DNA from: Eledone cirrhosa
Taxonomy: Eukaryota
Reading direction: 5' to 3'
Assembly (NCBI GenBank): GCA_964016885.1
Contig: OZ024741.1
Location: 287,680,001-287,744,000, forward strand
Length of the DNA stretch: 64,000 bases
Shown here: piece by piece, positions 25,348 through 39,990 of the stretch
How the letters are laid out: the number at the start of each line of letters is the position of its first letter
Position numbering within the stretch: the first letter of the stretch is position 1
The notes under the pieces: generated by a model
What the model was told of the DNA's origin: nothing
Seen by the model: only the letters and a program-made list of their open reading frames with translations
Databases searched by the model: none
Program-made: the position numbers and the translations under genes

Positions 25348-28300
25348 ACTTTCTATTTATTTGCCACCAGGGCATCAAAGATTGGGACAAATACAAGGGA
25401 GGGAGTTTACATACATTTCAAAGGACGTGTAAAAACATATAACAAATAAAATTCAACAATCGAAGTCCTCAATAGGGAGGGGCCGTTGACGTGGGTCGCA
25501 CACACCCCCGAAAAAAATGTGCAACCCTCCTCCTCGGGAGCACAAAGAGCGGGTGCTCCCTTCCTCTCCTCTTTCTTCTCCTCTCTCACCTACAGGCTGA
25601 TATAGAGAGAAGGCCCATTAACTCGGGCCATTCTCGCCACTTTCACCCACCTTTCATAAAACTTGCTGGGGTAGAGCACCTCTCTCTCCATTCTGATCCT
25701 TCTTCTAAAATAGTACTTGAAAAAAAGGACCAGTTGTTGGCCGGAGAGAAAAGTGTCTGACCTCAGCCCTTTCAACCTCGTCCACCATACAACATCTTTT
25801 GCCATAGCTATCACACAAAGGAAAACCGCCTCTCCTTCGTTTTCGAAGGGGGGAGGCGGTTTGATCATGACCATGTACTCAGTGGTCAACCGGATTGGTC
25901 CCACCCGCGACAGTAGTCGTTCCACATAGCCCCACAGGTCAGCAACGCCCGGGCAGTGTACGAATGCGTGCGCGACGGTTTCCTCGTCACGCACGCATCT
26001 CGGACAGATCTTCTTCGAGGGGTCCCTACCCAGGCGCCAGTGTCTGTAGAGCTTGTCTCGAACGGGTAGAGTTCCTCGGTAGCACTGCCAAGCCAGGGAC
26101 TTTTGTAAATTGTCCATCGGTCCCGGGCCAAACGTCCTACCGAACATACTGGCTAGCTTGTCTTCCTCCATGCCCAGAGCCTCTCCGAGAGCGTCGTCGC
26201 ACTTGCTGCGCACCAACCCTCTATAGAATGTTGAGGTTGAGTCTCCACTGATTGCCGGATCCGCTTGCCAGAGGGCTGTGAGCGCCTGGGCACATTCAAT
26301 GTGCCAGTCGCCCATTTTTCTCGGTCTTTGCTTGACCCAGGATTGCAGCTCGGTGAGTGAGACGAGTCTCGGAAAGGCTCGCCTCACAAAAGGGGCCCAC
26401 ACCGGCTGACCGGTGAGGAATACCTGGAGGTGCCGTAGCCTTAATGCGTGTCTACGCATCGTCAGCCACGGCATCCCCAGCCCTCCGTTCGAAGGGTGTT
26501 GACTGCAGATGGATCTTCTCACCAAAGGAGCCCGCTTCTTCCAAAGGAATCGGAAGAGCGCGCGCTCTATTTTGGCGAGTGTTTTCGCTGGGCAAGACAC
26601 GACGGTCATGTAGATGACGGACGCTAAATAAGTGTTCGCCACCTCCGCTCGACCTTTCAGGGATAGTTTGCACTCGGCCCACTTCTGGGCGAGTGCAAAC
26701 ATCCTGCCCGTTACCTAGTCCCAGTTTTTCTCCACCTGGAGGTCCGGTCCGAACCAGACCCCGAGCAGCTTCACCGGTCCCTCCGTCCAGTGTCCGACGA
26801 CGCCGTCGGAGGGCATCGGTTTGCCTCTCCACGTTCCGAGTTGCAAACCGAAGGACTTGTCCCGGTTCAGCTTGGCTCCTGTAAACCTTTCATATTCCTC
26901 CAGTAAGGTGCCGATCTGCCCGATTTCCGAGGCGCACAACACCATTACTGTCACGTCATCGGCGGAGGCCGACACCGCTTTCCGCAATCCCAGTTCCAAG
27001 AGGATTCCCTGCAACAGCTCCAGCTTCCGCAGTAGTGGCTCGAGAGCCAGCACATACAGAAAGGAGGAGAGAGGGCATCCCTGTCGAATGGTTCGCGCGA
27101 TTGGGACGGCTCCGAGAGGTAGCCGTTCACCTTGACCCTCGAGCAGGTGTTGCTGCTGTGCATTGCAGCAATCCATCCCCTGAAAACGGGTCCGAAGCCT
27201 GCCGCTGCGAGCACCGCATCCAGGTACCGATGGTCGCCCCTACCGAACGCCTTAGATTGATCCAAGTTGATCAGGGCCCCACCAAAGCCGGGTTCGTTCC
27301 CTACCCTCTCTACGATGTATCGCATGAGGTGGAGGTTGTCGTGTATGGACCTGGACGGGATTGCGCATGTCTGCGCTTCTCCCACCAGGTTCCCGACGAC
27401 AAGCGCCAACCTCTTCGCTAACACCTTGGCCAAAATCTTTAACTCTGTGTGTAGCAGAGTTATGGGCCTGAAGTTATCTATGTCATCCCCCTTGTTCTCG
27501 TCCTTCCTCACCAGCCTGACTACGCCCTTGGTCACAGAACTGGGAATTCTCCCGTCCTGTTGCCAGTTGCAGTAGACCGCCTCGAGGATATTGGAGAACA
27601 AGTCCGGCATCGCTACATAAAGTTCGTATGGTAAACCATCGAGACCGGGAGCTTTGCGTTTGCCGCATTGGCTCGGCACTTCCCCTATCTCAGCGGCTGA
27701 AATCGGCCTTTCGCATGACTTCGCCTCCCCGTCCGAGAGCCGCGGCAGACCGTCGAGGTATGGACCTAAATCCATGGCACCCGGCCCGCCGCCCCTCCCA
27801 AACAGTCGTGCAAAGCGCCGTTGAAAGGCCGCGCACATCCGCTCAGGTTCAAGGATCACGCGTCCATCCTGGTCCTTCAAAGACCGAATCGTGGACTTGT
27901 TTCCACTTTTTGCCTCTGTCACTCGGGCCCAGCTAACAGCTTTGGCTCCCTCGTTACCCAGACCACGTATTTTACTCCTGACAACACAGCCCTTGTGCTT
28001 CGCGTCAAAGAACTGGTCTAGGGCCGTACTTGACGCCAGCAGGCCGGCCACGTTGCCACTCCTAATCGCCTCTTCTACTCTATCTATCAATTCCCTTTTA
28101 GTTCTACTCCTATCTGATGCTAATTCCTGACTAAAACCTATCGATTCTATTCTAATTTCTCTCTTGAGAGAGCCCCACCACCTGCTGTTGACAATTGCCC
28201 CCCGATAACCGCTGCTTAACTAGAGTGCTAATCCGCTTACTGTAAGCTTTGTTTGTCGGTAAGGACACGTTTAGCTTCCAGTAACCGGGTCCTTGTCTAT

Positions 28301-31088
28301 GGGTTCTATCAAGGTTGACCACTCCGGTCACCAACTTGTGATCCGAATAGTCAACCATGAACATTCGTGGCCAGCTTAATATGTCCCTATCCTTATTTCT
28401 AACTAGGAACCTATCTAGGTACGACCTAGATGTTCCGCTGCGATTAGACCACTCCACAGTGGCACAGTCGGAAAATCTAGTCGATATCTATCGGCCAGAT
28501 CAAATCGGCCGATTAACCGTTTGAGGCTGTTACACCCCCCTCTATCGGGACATGCCTCTACATAGTCCCAACGTGCATCCAGGATATCATTCCAGTCCCC
28601 CACTAAAAGCAAGGAGCGAGACGTTACCAGAAAAGTCTCTAAGCGTTGGAGGAAGTCCGGTCGCGGTGTCCCAGGTGGGGCATACGCTGCCACCAGCCTG
28701 AAGGCTCCACCTTCACTACTGCCGACGTCTAGAACCACCAGTTGGCCCTCCGGGTCCAGGTGTACCTTCCGTGTTGCGAGGCCAAGGTGTTTTCGCAGCA
28801 GAGCGACCACCCCACCTCCTCCCCCCGGCTGACAGAGAGATGCATAGATCTCAAAGTCGTCGAAGATGGGGGCCAGTTGGTGTTCGCTGCTGATCCTGGA
28901 CTCGCAAATAGCTATCACATCCATTCTGTGCGACCTGAGGTCATTTAAGAGTGTGCCCTGCTTCCAGGATACCCCCAGGCCGCGGATTTAAACATCCAAC
29001 TCTTATAACAGCGATGTTGGTGGTGAAGAGTTTAGAGTGGAGAAAAAGGAAAAGACACCTACCTGTCCTTCTCCTGGGGACCAGGTTGCACAATTTCCAT
29101 GGGGTTGTCGGCGGGGTTGTTTGGTGGTTTGGGATGTGGTGGGGACATCTCTGTGTGGTGGGGTGGAGGTGTTTGGTGGGGGAGAGGGAGGGGTGTCTAG
29201 GGTGGTGGTGGGGAAACATTTCAACAGGACGCGGTTGCTAGGTCTAGTACAGGGGTTCACCACGTCCTCGGGAAAGTTCTGTTTGAGCATTGCGTAGGTG
29301 TCCCTTGGGACCCTAATCATTTTTAAATGCGGTTTAGTCGCCGCGTTGGTGAACATTTTTCCCCTTCGGTTTCCACCGAAGGGTCTTTGTCTATTGTTTG
29401 CACAAGAGTTTTGTTGTTTGTGTTGATGTATGTATAATGTTTTTGTTGTGTTGTGTTTGTTTTTGTTTGTTGTTCTTGTGTGTGTTTGCGTTTTGTAGTA
29501 TGTGTTATGTTTTCGGGAGGGGTGGTTTTTTTTGTTTGTGATATTTGTTCTGTTTGTGCTGGTGGTTGTGTGTTTGTTGTATTTTTGTTGATGTGGTGCC
29601 TTCTTTTCTTTCTTTTTACCGGTTGAAAGGGTTCTCCCTCGTCGTCACTGGTTGACGTTGATAAGGGGTCCTCGTCCGTGTTGTTGGGGAGGGGTATATT
29701 TTGGGGGTTTGTTGTGGTTGCTTTTGTATTTGTTTTAGGTGGGGAGAGTTGGGTGGGACAGTGTCTTGTGTTGTTATTTTTTCGTGTTGTTGTGGTTGTT
29801 GTGGTGGTGGTTGTGTTGTTGTGTGTGGGGTGGGCAGAAGCGTCTTTTTAGGGGGGAATTTAAAAGGGGACAGGAGCCCTCGGGTAACCACTTCTTGAAC
29901 AGTGGTAGCATGAAGGCCGCCTGCCCTCAACAGAAATGTTTATGAAGGCGACTCCATCCAGAGACACACGCTGCGGTATTCTTGCTATCCGTTCTGGTCT
30001 CATTTGGACCAGAACTTCAAGGCTATTGCCGCCGAATACGCCCCCGGTGGATTCGCCTATCGAAAGAATTATGTCCTCATCTTCTAAGAATCCCGTTAGC
30101 ACCCACCAAACATTTGGCCTGATGCCCGAGATTCTTATCTTTTGAGTTCTTTTCCCCAAATATGTGGGGGGGGGAAAGGTGTATGCTTTGGATACAATTG
30201 GCGACACAGAATATTTCCGTGCCGCCAATTCATCTTGCATTAAAACAGATATGCTTCCATACAGTTTCCCTTTCTGTATGAAAGCGATATCCTTCCAGGC
30301 ACTACTTAGGACCAACTCAATTTCGCTTTGGGACAATGGAGCCGGTTTCCTAGTCGTGTTTGAAACTGTCCTAAAAATTACGGTTTTGAGGACTGTGTTC
30401 CTTCTAATTTCTTCGGGGGAGGTAATTGTGAATTCCCCACCTTCCCCGAAACTCACACAATTCCTTGCTTCTTTCAGCAATTTCTTGGCATTCGAGATGT
30501 CCAGTGCCTTGTATGTCTGCGTTTCTCGGACCGCCTGTGCGAAGGAGACTGAAGCTGTGGGTCCGTTTTCTTTCGTGTTGTTATCATTGTTGTTGTTGTT
30601 ATTCGTGTTGGCTTGCTTTTTTCCTTTGTTGATGTTGTCATTATTGCTGTTGTTGGTTGTGTTGTTATTGTCATTGTTGCTGTTGTTGGTTGTGATGTTA
30701 TTGTCATTGTTGTTCTTGTTTGTGTAATTGTTACTTTTGGGGTTTTCACCCATTTCCACAATTTTTTCTTTTGATTCCGTGGTGTCTTTTGCGGGAGTGA
30801 GGAGGGAAGGTTTACAACGTTGTGCTGTTACCTTCTCTCTATCACTTTCCGGGGGGGGGCATGCGTCGTGTTAATGGCGTCCATTGTCACTAAACGACTT
30901 TTTATTGATAACTTATAACTATCAAATTTTGCCCCAAAAAGGGGCGAAATTTATTTTACCCAACGTCTTCAGGCCCAGGCGAGGGGTTAAACACAACAAA
31001 TAACAAGTAGCTTCAACAAACCTACCGCTTCTCGTAATAAATTCCGACAAAATGCAGGAGCGAAACAAAAACACGTCTATCTTCTTCG
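25347..31088 (-). mobile_element. Near full-length Tx1 (L1-group) LINE, decayed; ORF1 ~30760-29000, ORF2 ~29015-25590
   Basis: ORF1 knuckle CYHC; APE motifs DVIAICESR, GDWN, YLDRFLV, SDHKLV; RT motifs KAPGLDGLP, NFRPITLL, DQSKAF, IRQGCPLS, SADD; GGLGMP; CPRC..ETVAHAFVHC; 3' end abuts GATA repeats. Confidence 0.92.
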
Positions 31089-31112
31089 AGATAGATAGAA
31101 AGATAAATAGAT

Positions 31113-31768
31113 ATGTTTCTTTATTAGCCACGGGGCCACAAAAGAAGGGGACAAATACAAAGGGGGAAGTTTACATACAATAAAAACGTGTAAAATGCTA
31201 TCATAAATGTAATTTAAAAATTAATCGATTTTCCCCAATAGGGGGAGACATTTCATATGGGTAACACATACCCCCGAAAAAATGTGCAACCCTCATCTCC
31301 AGGAGTACGAAGAGTTTGTACCCCTTTCCTCTCTTCCACTTTTTCCTCAACCTACAGGCTGATATAGAGAGAAGGCCCATTAACTCGGGCCATTCTCGCC
31401 CTTTCACCCACCTTTCATAAAACTTGCTGGGGTACAGCACCTCTCTCTTCATCCTGATTCTTCTTCCAAAGTGGTATTTGAAAAAAAGAATCAGTTGTTG
31501 GCTGGAGAGAAAGGTGTCTGACCTCCGCCCTTTTAACCTCATCCACCATACAACCTCTTTCGCCATAGCTATCACACAAAGGAAAACCGCCTCTCCTTCG
31601 TTTTTGAAGGAGGGTGGCGGTTTGATCATGACAATGGACTCGGTGGTCAACTGGATTGGTCCCACCCGCGACAATAGTCGTTCTACATAGCCCCACAGGT
31701 CGGTAACGCCCGGGCAGTGTATGAATGCGTGCGCGACGGTTTCTTTGTCTCGCACGCATCTCGGACAC
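31113..31768 (-). mobile_element. Tx1 LINE, 5'-truncated
   Basis: C-terminal CPRCVRDKETVAHAF..C and 3' UTR; bounded by GATA repeats. Confidence 0.9.
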
Positions 31769-31854
<86 letters not shown>

Positions 31855-32712
31855 TTCTTTATTAGCCACAAGGGCGCACAAGAAAAGGGGACAATACAAA
31901 GACATGCCGGGGATTTTACATACAGTCGTGTAAAAAATATAAAAACAATTACAACAATCGAAATCCCCAATAGTGGGGAGGCGCCACAAATGGGTTGTTT
32001 AATACCCCGTCGATAGAACAACCCTCAACTCCAGGAGCGTGTTTTGCAAGTGCTCCTTTCTTCCTTTTGCTCTCTTCCTCAACCTACAGGCTTATAAACA
32101 GAGAAGGCCCAATCACTCGGGCCATTTTCGCTTCATTCACCCACCTTTCAGTAAATTTACTGGGGTGCAGTGCCTCTCTCTCCACCCTGATTCTCCTTCT
32201 AAAGTGATACTTAAAGAAGGGAATCAATTGTTTTCCGAGGAGAAAGGCATCTGTCCTCAGTCCTCTCAACCTCGTCCACCATATAACTTCTTTCACCAAA
32301 GCCACCGTACAGAGGAAAACCGCCTCTTTCGTTTTTTGAAAGAGGCTGGTGGTTTGATCCTTACTATGGACTCGGCAGTCAACTGGATTTGTCCCATACG
32401 CGACAGCAGTTGTTCTGCATAGTTCCACAGGTCGGTTACGCTCGAGCAATGTACCATTGCGTGCAGGACTGTTTCAATGTCCTGCGCGCATCGTGGACAC
32501 GTCCTCTTGGAAGGATCCCTGCCGGGGCGTCCGTGCCTGTAGATCTTGTCACGAACCGGTAGAGCTCCTCGGTAGCACTGCCAGGCCAGGGACCTCTGGA
32601 AGTTGTCCATAGGTCCCGGGCGGAAAGTCCTACCAAACAGACTGGTGAGCTCATCGTCCTCGACGCCCAGAGTCTCTCTGAGCACGTCGTCGCCCTTGTA
32701 ACGTACAATCCT
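31855..32712 (-). mobile_element. Tx1 LINE, 5'-truncated (subfamily of the 51050 copy)
   Basis: ORF2 C-terminus; 3' UTR nearly identical to 51050-51270; (GATA)n on both sides. Confidence 0.9.
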
Positions 32713-32713
32713 T

Positions 32714-32764
<51 letters not shown>

Positions 32765-32922
32765 TGTTTCTTTTATTTGCCACCAGGGCATCAAAAGTGG
32801 GACAAGTACAAGGGGGGAGTTTACACAAAAAGGCGTCCTCAATAAGGAGGAGGCAATAACAATATATAAAAATAATATATAACAAAAAATAAAATTTATA
32901 ACAAAATCCTCAATAGAGAGGA
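32765..32922 (-). mobile_element. Tx1 3'-UTR stub
   Basis: Nearly identical to 56655-56815 and 50371-50535. Confidence 0.85.
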
Positions 32923-33852
32923 GAAATAGTATCAACAAAACATTTTTATTTGTCGAAGAACATATTTTCAATACTGTTTGTGAATGGGCATCTACTTATA
33001 GTGACAGTGTATTACTGGTACTTTATTTTATCGACCCCGTAAGAATGAAAGGCAAAGTTAATACTGACAATAATGCAAATGTGTGATAGTGAAAATTTGC
33101 GCCTTTTCAATAATTTATCGTCTGCTCACGTTGCATTAAAGGGAAATAACTCGTCTCTCAACTATATTTATACAATGTTTTTAGAAAAATTATTTTTAGA
33201 AAAATTATTTTTACAAATATTTACAAACAAAGTGCAGTTTATATTATAATCGGAACTCTGCCTATACTCGATTGCAATATATAAAGAGGAACAAGATACA
33301 AAGATATATTTCCTTATTTGGCACAAGGGCGCACAAAAATGGGACATTACAGAACATGAATATACGCTATTTTGAAGTGTTTAAACATTTTTTACAAACA
33401 AAAATTTAGAATCGTTTTGTACAAACGATAAGTTTTAAAATATTTTACAAACTTTTACGATAGACTTTCATCTTATCTATTGACCGCCTAACCCTAACCC
33501 TAACGTCAATATATTACATTTGTTTTAAAAATAGTTAATATAAATTTTTTTAAATCATATAACGACGAAATAACAAAAATAAATGAACTAAGAAAACAAA
33601 CAAAAAACATGGCGGATGATTTTGAGCAACACTTACTCTGATTGGTTGAAAGTTTAGCCAATGGCATGTAATCACCACGGCCACGGCCAGACCTTGAAAA
33701 AAAATTGACGATCTACACATATATGTTAGAACACTAAAGTGACTTAAACATTCTGTTGTTAGTCACTTCGTGTCTAACAGATATGTGTATGCATATATAT
33801 ATATGTGTGTGTGTGTGGTAGATAAATAGATTGATAGATAGATACATATCTG

Positions 33853-33943
<91 letters not shown>

Positions 33944-34076
33944 ATATATATATTCATTAGTTAAGCAAAGCATGACCACAAATTTCACAAGGAAGACATT
34001 ATTAAAAGATTGTCAACATAGTTTTAGTTTAATGTGAAGAATGTAAAGAATAATAAGAATAATACTAATAATGTCC

Positions 34077-34195
34077 GTTTACAATTGTTTCGCTACTCCA
34101 TATAATGTTTCTGGATCAAATTATTATAGATCATTATTGATCTGGTTCAGTTGAAGATAATTAACTTAGGTAAAATTGGAGCAGTTCATCGGAAC
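34077..34195 (-). ncRNA. Type-I hammerhead motif with long stem II, in a (TA)n-flanked element (~33953-34435)
   Basis: GTT-CCGATGA-ACTGCTCCA...TGGAGTAGC-GAAA-CAATTG-TA-AAC. Confidence 0.68.
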
Positions 34196-34433
34196 TTCAA
34201 AGGAATATAAATTAAGGTAAAAAAAGATGGTTAGTTGAATGTAATGTTCACATATTGGTATTTCACTATGGTGTCCTGGGTCTATCTATTGTCTGCCATA
34301 GGCGAGCAATATTCGTCTGTCGAGGCTGCATTATGTGAGATCTGCCTTTACGCTTTGGCTTCTAACTAATTCACCAATCTCTCTTCTCCTCTCCTATCTT
34401 CATCTCTCTCTTTAAGATTGGTTACTCTTGAAC

Positions 34434-34483
<50 letters not shown>

Positions 34484-34634
34484 TGTGTGTGTGTGCGTTT
34501 CTGTACTCATGTTTACAATGGTCTCACAATTGGAACTGTGTAGTAACTGCTTGCTGAACGTCCCCGTTGGCGATCACACCACAGAGTGGCTGATACTTTG
34601 ACTTCTCTATTAATCTAACGTGAGATAATAGAAT

Positions 34635-35210
34635 TGTTTCTATTTATTGCCACGAGGGCGCAAAAGAAGGGGACAAATACAAAGAGGGGGGGTTACACAA
34701 AGGAACGAGTAAAAAAAAACAAATAACAAATATAAAATTAGCAATAAAGTCCTCATTAGGGAGGAGGCGTTTTGGGGTGTCGCACACCCACCCGAAAAAG
34801 TGTGCAACCCTTCTCCTCAGGAGCACAGAGAGAGGGTGCTCCCTTGTTCTTCCATCTTTTTCACCTACAGGCTCATATAGAGTGAAGACCCATTCGCACG
34901 GGCAATTCTCGCCACTTTCACCCACCTTTCATAAAACTGGCTGGGGTGGAGCACCTCTCTCTCCTTCCTGATCCTTCTTCCGAAATGATATCGGAAGAAA
35001 AGGACCAGTTGTTGGCCGGAGAGAAAGGTGTCTGACCTCAGTCCTTTTAAACGCGTCCACCATACAACCTCTTTCCCCATGGCTATTACGCACAGAAACA
35101 CCGCCTCTCCTTCATTTTTGAAGGGGAGAGGCGGCTTGATCGTTATAATGGACTCGGTGGTCAACCGGATAGGTCCCACCCGTGACAGCAGTCGTTCGAC
35201 ATAGCCCCGG
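34635..35210 (-). mobile_element. Tx1 LINE, 5'-truncated
   Basis: GPIRLTTESI...WWTRLKGLRSD...SLYMSL* plus 3' UTR. Confidence 0.88.
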
Positions 35211-35477
35211 ACAGGTGCTATGTAGGGTAATTAACAACATGGCGGATCTCTGACGCATGTCTCATCAGTAAGCTGATTTCAAATTAGAACTTGTAAAAAC
35301 CAAGGGTGAGGAACCTGAAACCTTAAGACCACCTTTGGTGACTCTGTGGCATGACCTTCTGGAAGAGGTCAGGAGTTTATATTCAAAATATTTTTTTTAT
35401 TGAGTACACAGAACACAAAACTTCGTAGTGACACATGCAGACTCAATTTGGAATAAATAATGTTACATATAGTAATT

Positions 35478-35762
35478 ACCCTGGGCCTCCTACTTGTTGG
35501 TTTCGCCCGTAAAATCTGTCCAGCGATTCTTTCCTGAGACATTCTAACCACATGCCCATAGTATTGGACGGAACCAATAAGTAGGAGACTCAGGGGTAGA
35601 CCTCGAGCAAGTTGGTTGGATAACATCCATGAGCTCTTGGGGATCAAGCCAGATCAGTTGGAGATGGTTGCTTCTGACAGGACCCACTAGAAGGAGTGTT
35701 TTGGGACCATGCCCCACGACTCTCTCAGGAATAAGTGGGCGAAGAAAGGAAGAGGAAGAAGA
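35478..35762. mobile_element. RTE-X-like LINE 3' end with inverted 5' segment
   Basis: Minus strand YYGHVVRMSQERIAGQILRAKPTSRRPR (35480-35565); plus strand RRLRGRPRASWLDNI (from ~35582) and a GAA-rich tail. Confidence 0.65.
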
Positions 35763-36517
35763 TACAGTAATTACATCGTGGAAGAGTCATTTTAGTCATT
35801 CAAAACACACACATATAAACGGTTCCCTTCACTTTACATGGATCATCTATTTCTTCGTATCAATATTAACGTCGCAGTGTTTGTGATCTAATTGCAGTGT
35901 AGCCTTGGCATTGATCAGAAAGCAAACATTACGGCATGGTTTTACACAAAAAAACAATAAATGATTTCTAATTTAGGCAAAAAGCCAGTATTTTGGTGGA
36001 AAGGAAAGTCGATTAAATTGGATGAAAGTCAAAGTTGGCTTTCGAAGGATTTGAACTCAAAACGTAAAGAGTTAAATGAAATATCGAAAAGCATTTTGCT
36101 CGATGCTCTAATGATTCAACCAACCAAAACCCTTTTAAAAAAATGTTTCGTATATTTCTTTTAAATAAATAAAATTGCTTTAGTTTCAACACACGGTCTC
36201 AAAAGATCAAGTCAATTGCCAGGTAGTACATCTCCAAAACGTTATATAGTATTATATCTATTCCAATATTCATGAATTCTTTGAAAAATAAAGTCATTAA
36301 AAAAGGTCGGTGTACGATTTAGTTTTTTACGTTAATATGTTTAATTAAATTTTCACAATAAATGTAATTACACTTTTCAATAAATGTAATAAAATGTTCT
36401 ATGTTGTGACTTTATTACATTACATTTAATTTAAAGCAGACTTCAAATAGAAACTCTCCCCCTCCCACATACCTCTGGTCTAAACTCTAACCTATTTCTT
36501 AGGGTATATATATATGT

Positions 36518-36573
<56 letters not shown>

Positions 36574-36838
36574 ACGTGTGTGTGTGTGTGCGTGCGTGTG
36601 TGTGTGTGTATGTGGCACTAACATAACGTGATTCATAAAAGGTTTGTATATAAAAGTATATACAATGTGTTTATGTATGATAAACATACGACAGGGTTGG
36701 ATTGGTAGGATTGTTAGAGAGTCGGACATGATCGCAGCTTTAAAACAGAGCATAAGGAGACTCTCGTATGTTTATTATGCATAAACATTTCATATATGTC
36801 ACCATGATATATATATATTATAAATATATACATATATA

Positions 36839-36896
<58 letters not shown>

Positions 36897-36897
36897 G

Positions 36898-36983
<86 letters not shown>

Positions 36984-37028
36984 GTGACGAAACATAAGTC
37001 AATTGCATGAACTCATAATCCTTTATTT

Positions 37029-37084
37029 ACTGCTATATATATTTCGATGATAGCCATTGAATGGCTATGACCTCATCAGGCAGT
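37029..37084 (-). ncRNA. Type-I hammerhead ribozyme at the 3' end of a decayed PLE (~36983-37320)
   Basis: ACTGC-CTGATGA-GGTC-ATAGCCA(TTCAA)TGGCTAT-CATC-GAAA-TATATA-TA-GCAGT; upstream minus-strand remnant TLPDGLN. Confidence 0.8.
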
Positions 37085-37975
37085 TAGTCAATTTAATGCT
37101 GTCAGCAGGAATAGTCTTGATTCTCATTGGTCAGTTTGTAGATGGTAGTAGGGTTGGTATTTGACCTCAAAGAGGCAGGTGGTGTTGTAAAATTCAAACC
37201 GTCAGGCAAGGTGACAATAGTTCCATATGACTGATTTTCACACAAAACATTCCTGGTCAGATATATATTCAATTAAGGTTAATAGTATGTAATAGATACT
37301 ACAGGTCATTCTTAAATTGAGGAATTTATGAGGAGTGGTGCTACTGTAATTTATGGTTGGAGTAGAATATTTACAGATAAAAAGACTTATGTAGTTTGGC
37401 TTGTACTACACTCACATCCACCTCCACAGATACACACACACACATCCACACATACAAAATGTGGGGTGGTAATACTTAAAATAATGGTTAGAGTCCAATA
37501 CTTAGATAGTTTAGAAAATTTAGAAATAAAATGTTTATACTGGTTGACTTGTACATACACTCACACCTACCCCCTCAGATACTCACACATCTACACACAC
37601 AAATCCATACATGTGTGTATATGTATATATGTATGTACACACAAGCATATATATATATACTGTATATATATAAAATATACATATATATACAGAACATACA
37701 TATATATAAAATATATATATATACATAAAATATATACATACATAAAATATATACACACATAAAACATACATACATATATATATATAAAATACACATACAT
37801 ATACATATATATATAGAATATATACATACATATATATATAAAATACACATATATACACATATAAAACATACATATATACACATGATATATATATACATAT
37901 ATATATAAAATCAGGTTCAGTAAAACGTGGTTTTTCTGACTCCTAACCAGTAGAGGATCCGGTGGACCGATATAC

Positions 37976-38555
<580 letters not shown>

Positions 38556-38561
<6 letters not shown>

Positions 38562-39990
38562 AAATCCCCAGTCACGGAAGAAGCTGGGGATTTAAAATAA
38601 GACTACAAACCTCCCTGACCCGAGTAAACTTCCTGGACGTTACCCTTGACCTCGATAATGATCTGTACTACCCATACAGGAAACCCAACGACAACCTGCA
38701 CTACATCCACCGCCGGTCAAACCATCCTAGGAACATCACCAATAACCTGGTTAAAAACATCTCCCTCCGCATATCTCGTTTGTCCGCTAATGAGCAGATA
38801 TTCGAGGAACATGCGCCTTATTACAACCAGGCTCTCAAGCGGAGTGGTTTCCGGGAGGAAATATCCTACTGTCCAGCTTCCATTAGCAGAACCAACAGGC
38901 GACACCGCCGCTCACGCAATGTAACATGGTTCAATCCTCCCCACAACGCCGAGGTGACAACTCCTATCGGGAAAATCTTCTTTAGGCTCATCGAAAAACA
39001 CTTCCCACTAAAACACCGCTACCACAACATAATTAACAAAAATACCATCAAACTCTCCTACAGCACCACACCAAACTTTGCACAAAACATCGTATCCTCT
39101 AACAACAAAAAACTCAACCCCTATGGAAGAAATAACCTAAATAGCAGTGGAGAGCCTACCAGGAGGTGCAACTGTCCTGATTGATCCATTTTCCCCCTCG
39201 ACAACAGATGCAGAGACCGTAATGTGATCTACCAGTGCAATGTGAGGACGGACACCTCCAACAAAGCTTATATAGGATTAACCGCATGTGACTTCAAGAC
39301 CCGGCTATACCAACACAGACATACCTTCCGAAACCCGGCCCGGCGTCACGCCAGCACACTTTCGGGCCACATCTGGGACCTCAAGGATAACAATATTACC
39401 TATGATCTCACTTGGAGCTTACTGTCCAGAGCCAACTCTTACACGGGAGGACGCCGTCCGTGCAATTTATGCTCGGAGGAAACCTTACAAATGTTGTTTT
39501 CGACGGACCAACTCCTAAACAAGAAAGACGAATTGGTAACTGCATGCAAACACAGATTGCGTAGGACTTACCTCGCCCTCAAACCCCATAATGACCCGGG
39601 GGGTAGACAAGGGCTGTAACACCCCACTTGCCGACTTTGAAATGGGTAACCCCTGCTTGCAAAGGTAGACGTAAGATCTTCTTTTATATCTTTTTATCGC
39701 TTCCTCTATATTTCCTTCTCCCCCTCCCTCCCCCCCCCCATCCTTTCCTAGTCCTTCCACCCCAGTCCTCTTTCTTTGTCGTCGTCCTTTTCACTTTCTC
39801 GCCCACCCGAGGCAGCCCCTCGGTCCTTTGTAGCCTCAGTACCCCCACCCGCATTCCCCTATTCTATGATAGAACTGGCCGACTCCGCTTTTTATAGCAG
39901 ATGTGATAGACCCCGGATACTTGCTTTCTTATCCGATGGCTGCCCCCTTTTCCGTGCTTTCTACATTGCTTAGTGGTATCTTTGCTTTAA
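38556..39990 (+). mobile_element. Penelope-like element, 5'-truncated (RT thumb + GIY-YIG endonuclease, ORF end 39619; 3' boundary uncertain)
   Basis: VNFLDVTLDL, YRKPND..YIHRRSNHP, WFNPP, CNC..PL..C, IYQC..AYIGLT..FKTRLYQH, CNLCSEE, LNKKDEL..CKH. Confidence 0.9.

Noticed and set aside
33488-33504. Telomere-like CCTAACCCTAACCCTAAC
   Set aside because: Only about three units; common inside repeats.
39182-39184. In-frame TGA in the PLE as selenocysteine (as in some Naiad PLEs)
   Set aside because: It is not at a Cys position of the CNC..CPL..C motif; CGA-to-TGA decay is simpler and no SECIS was recognised.
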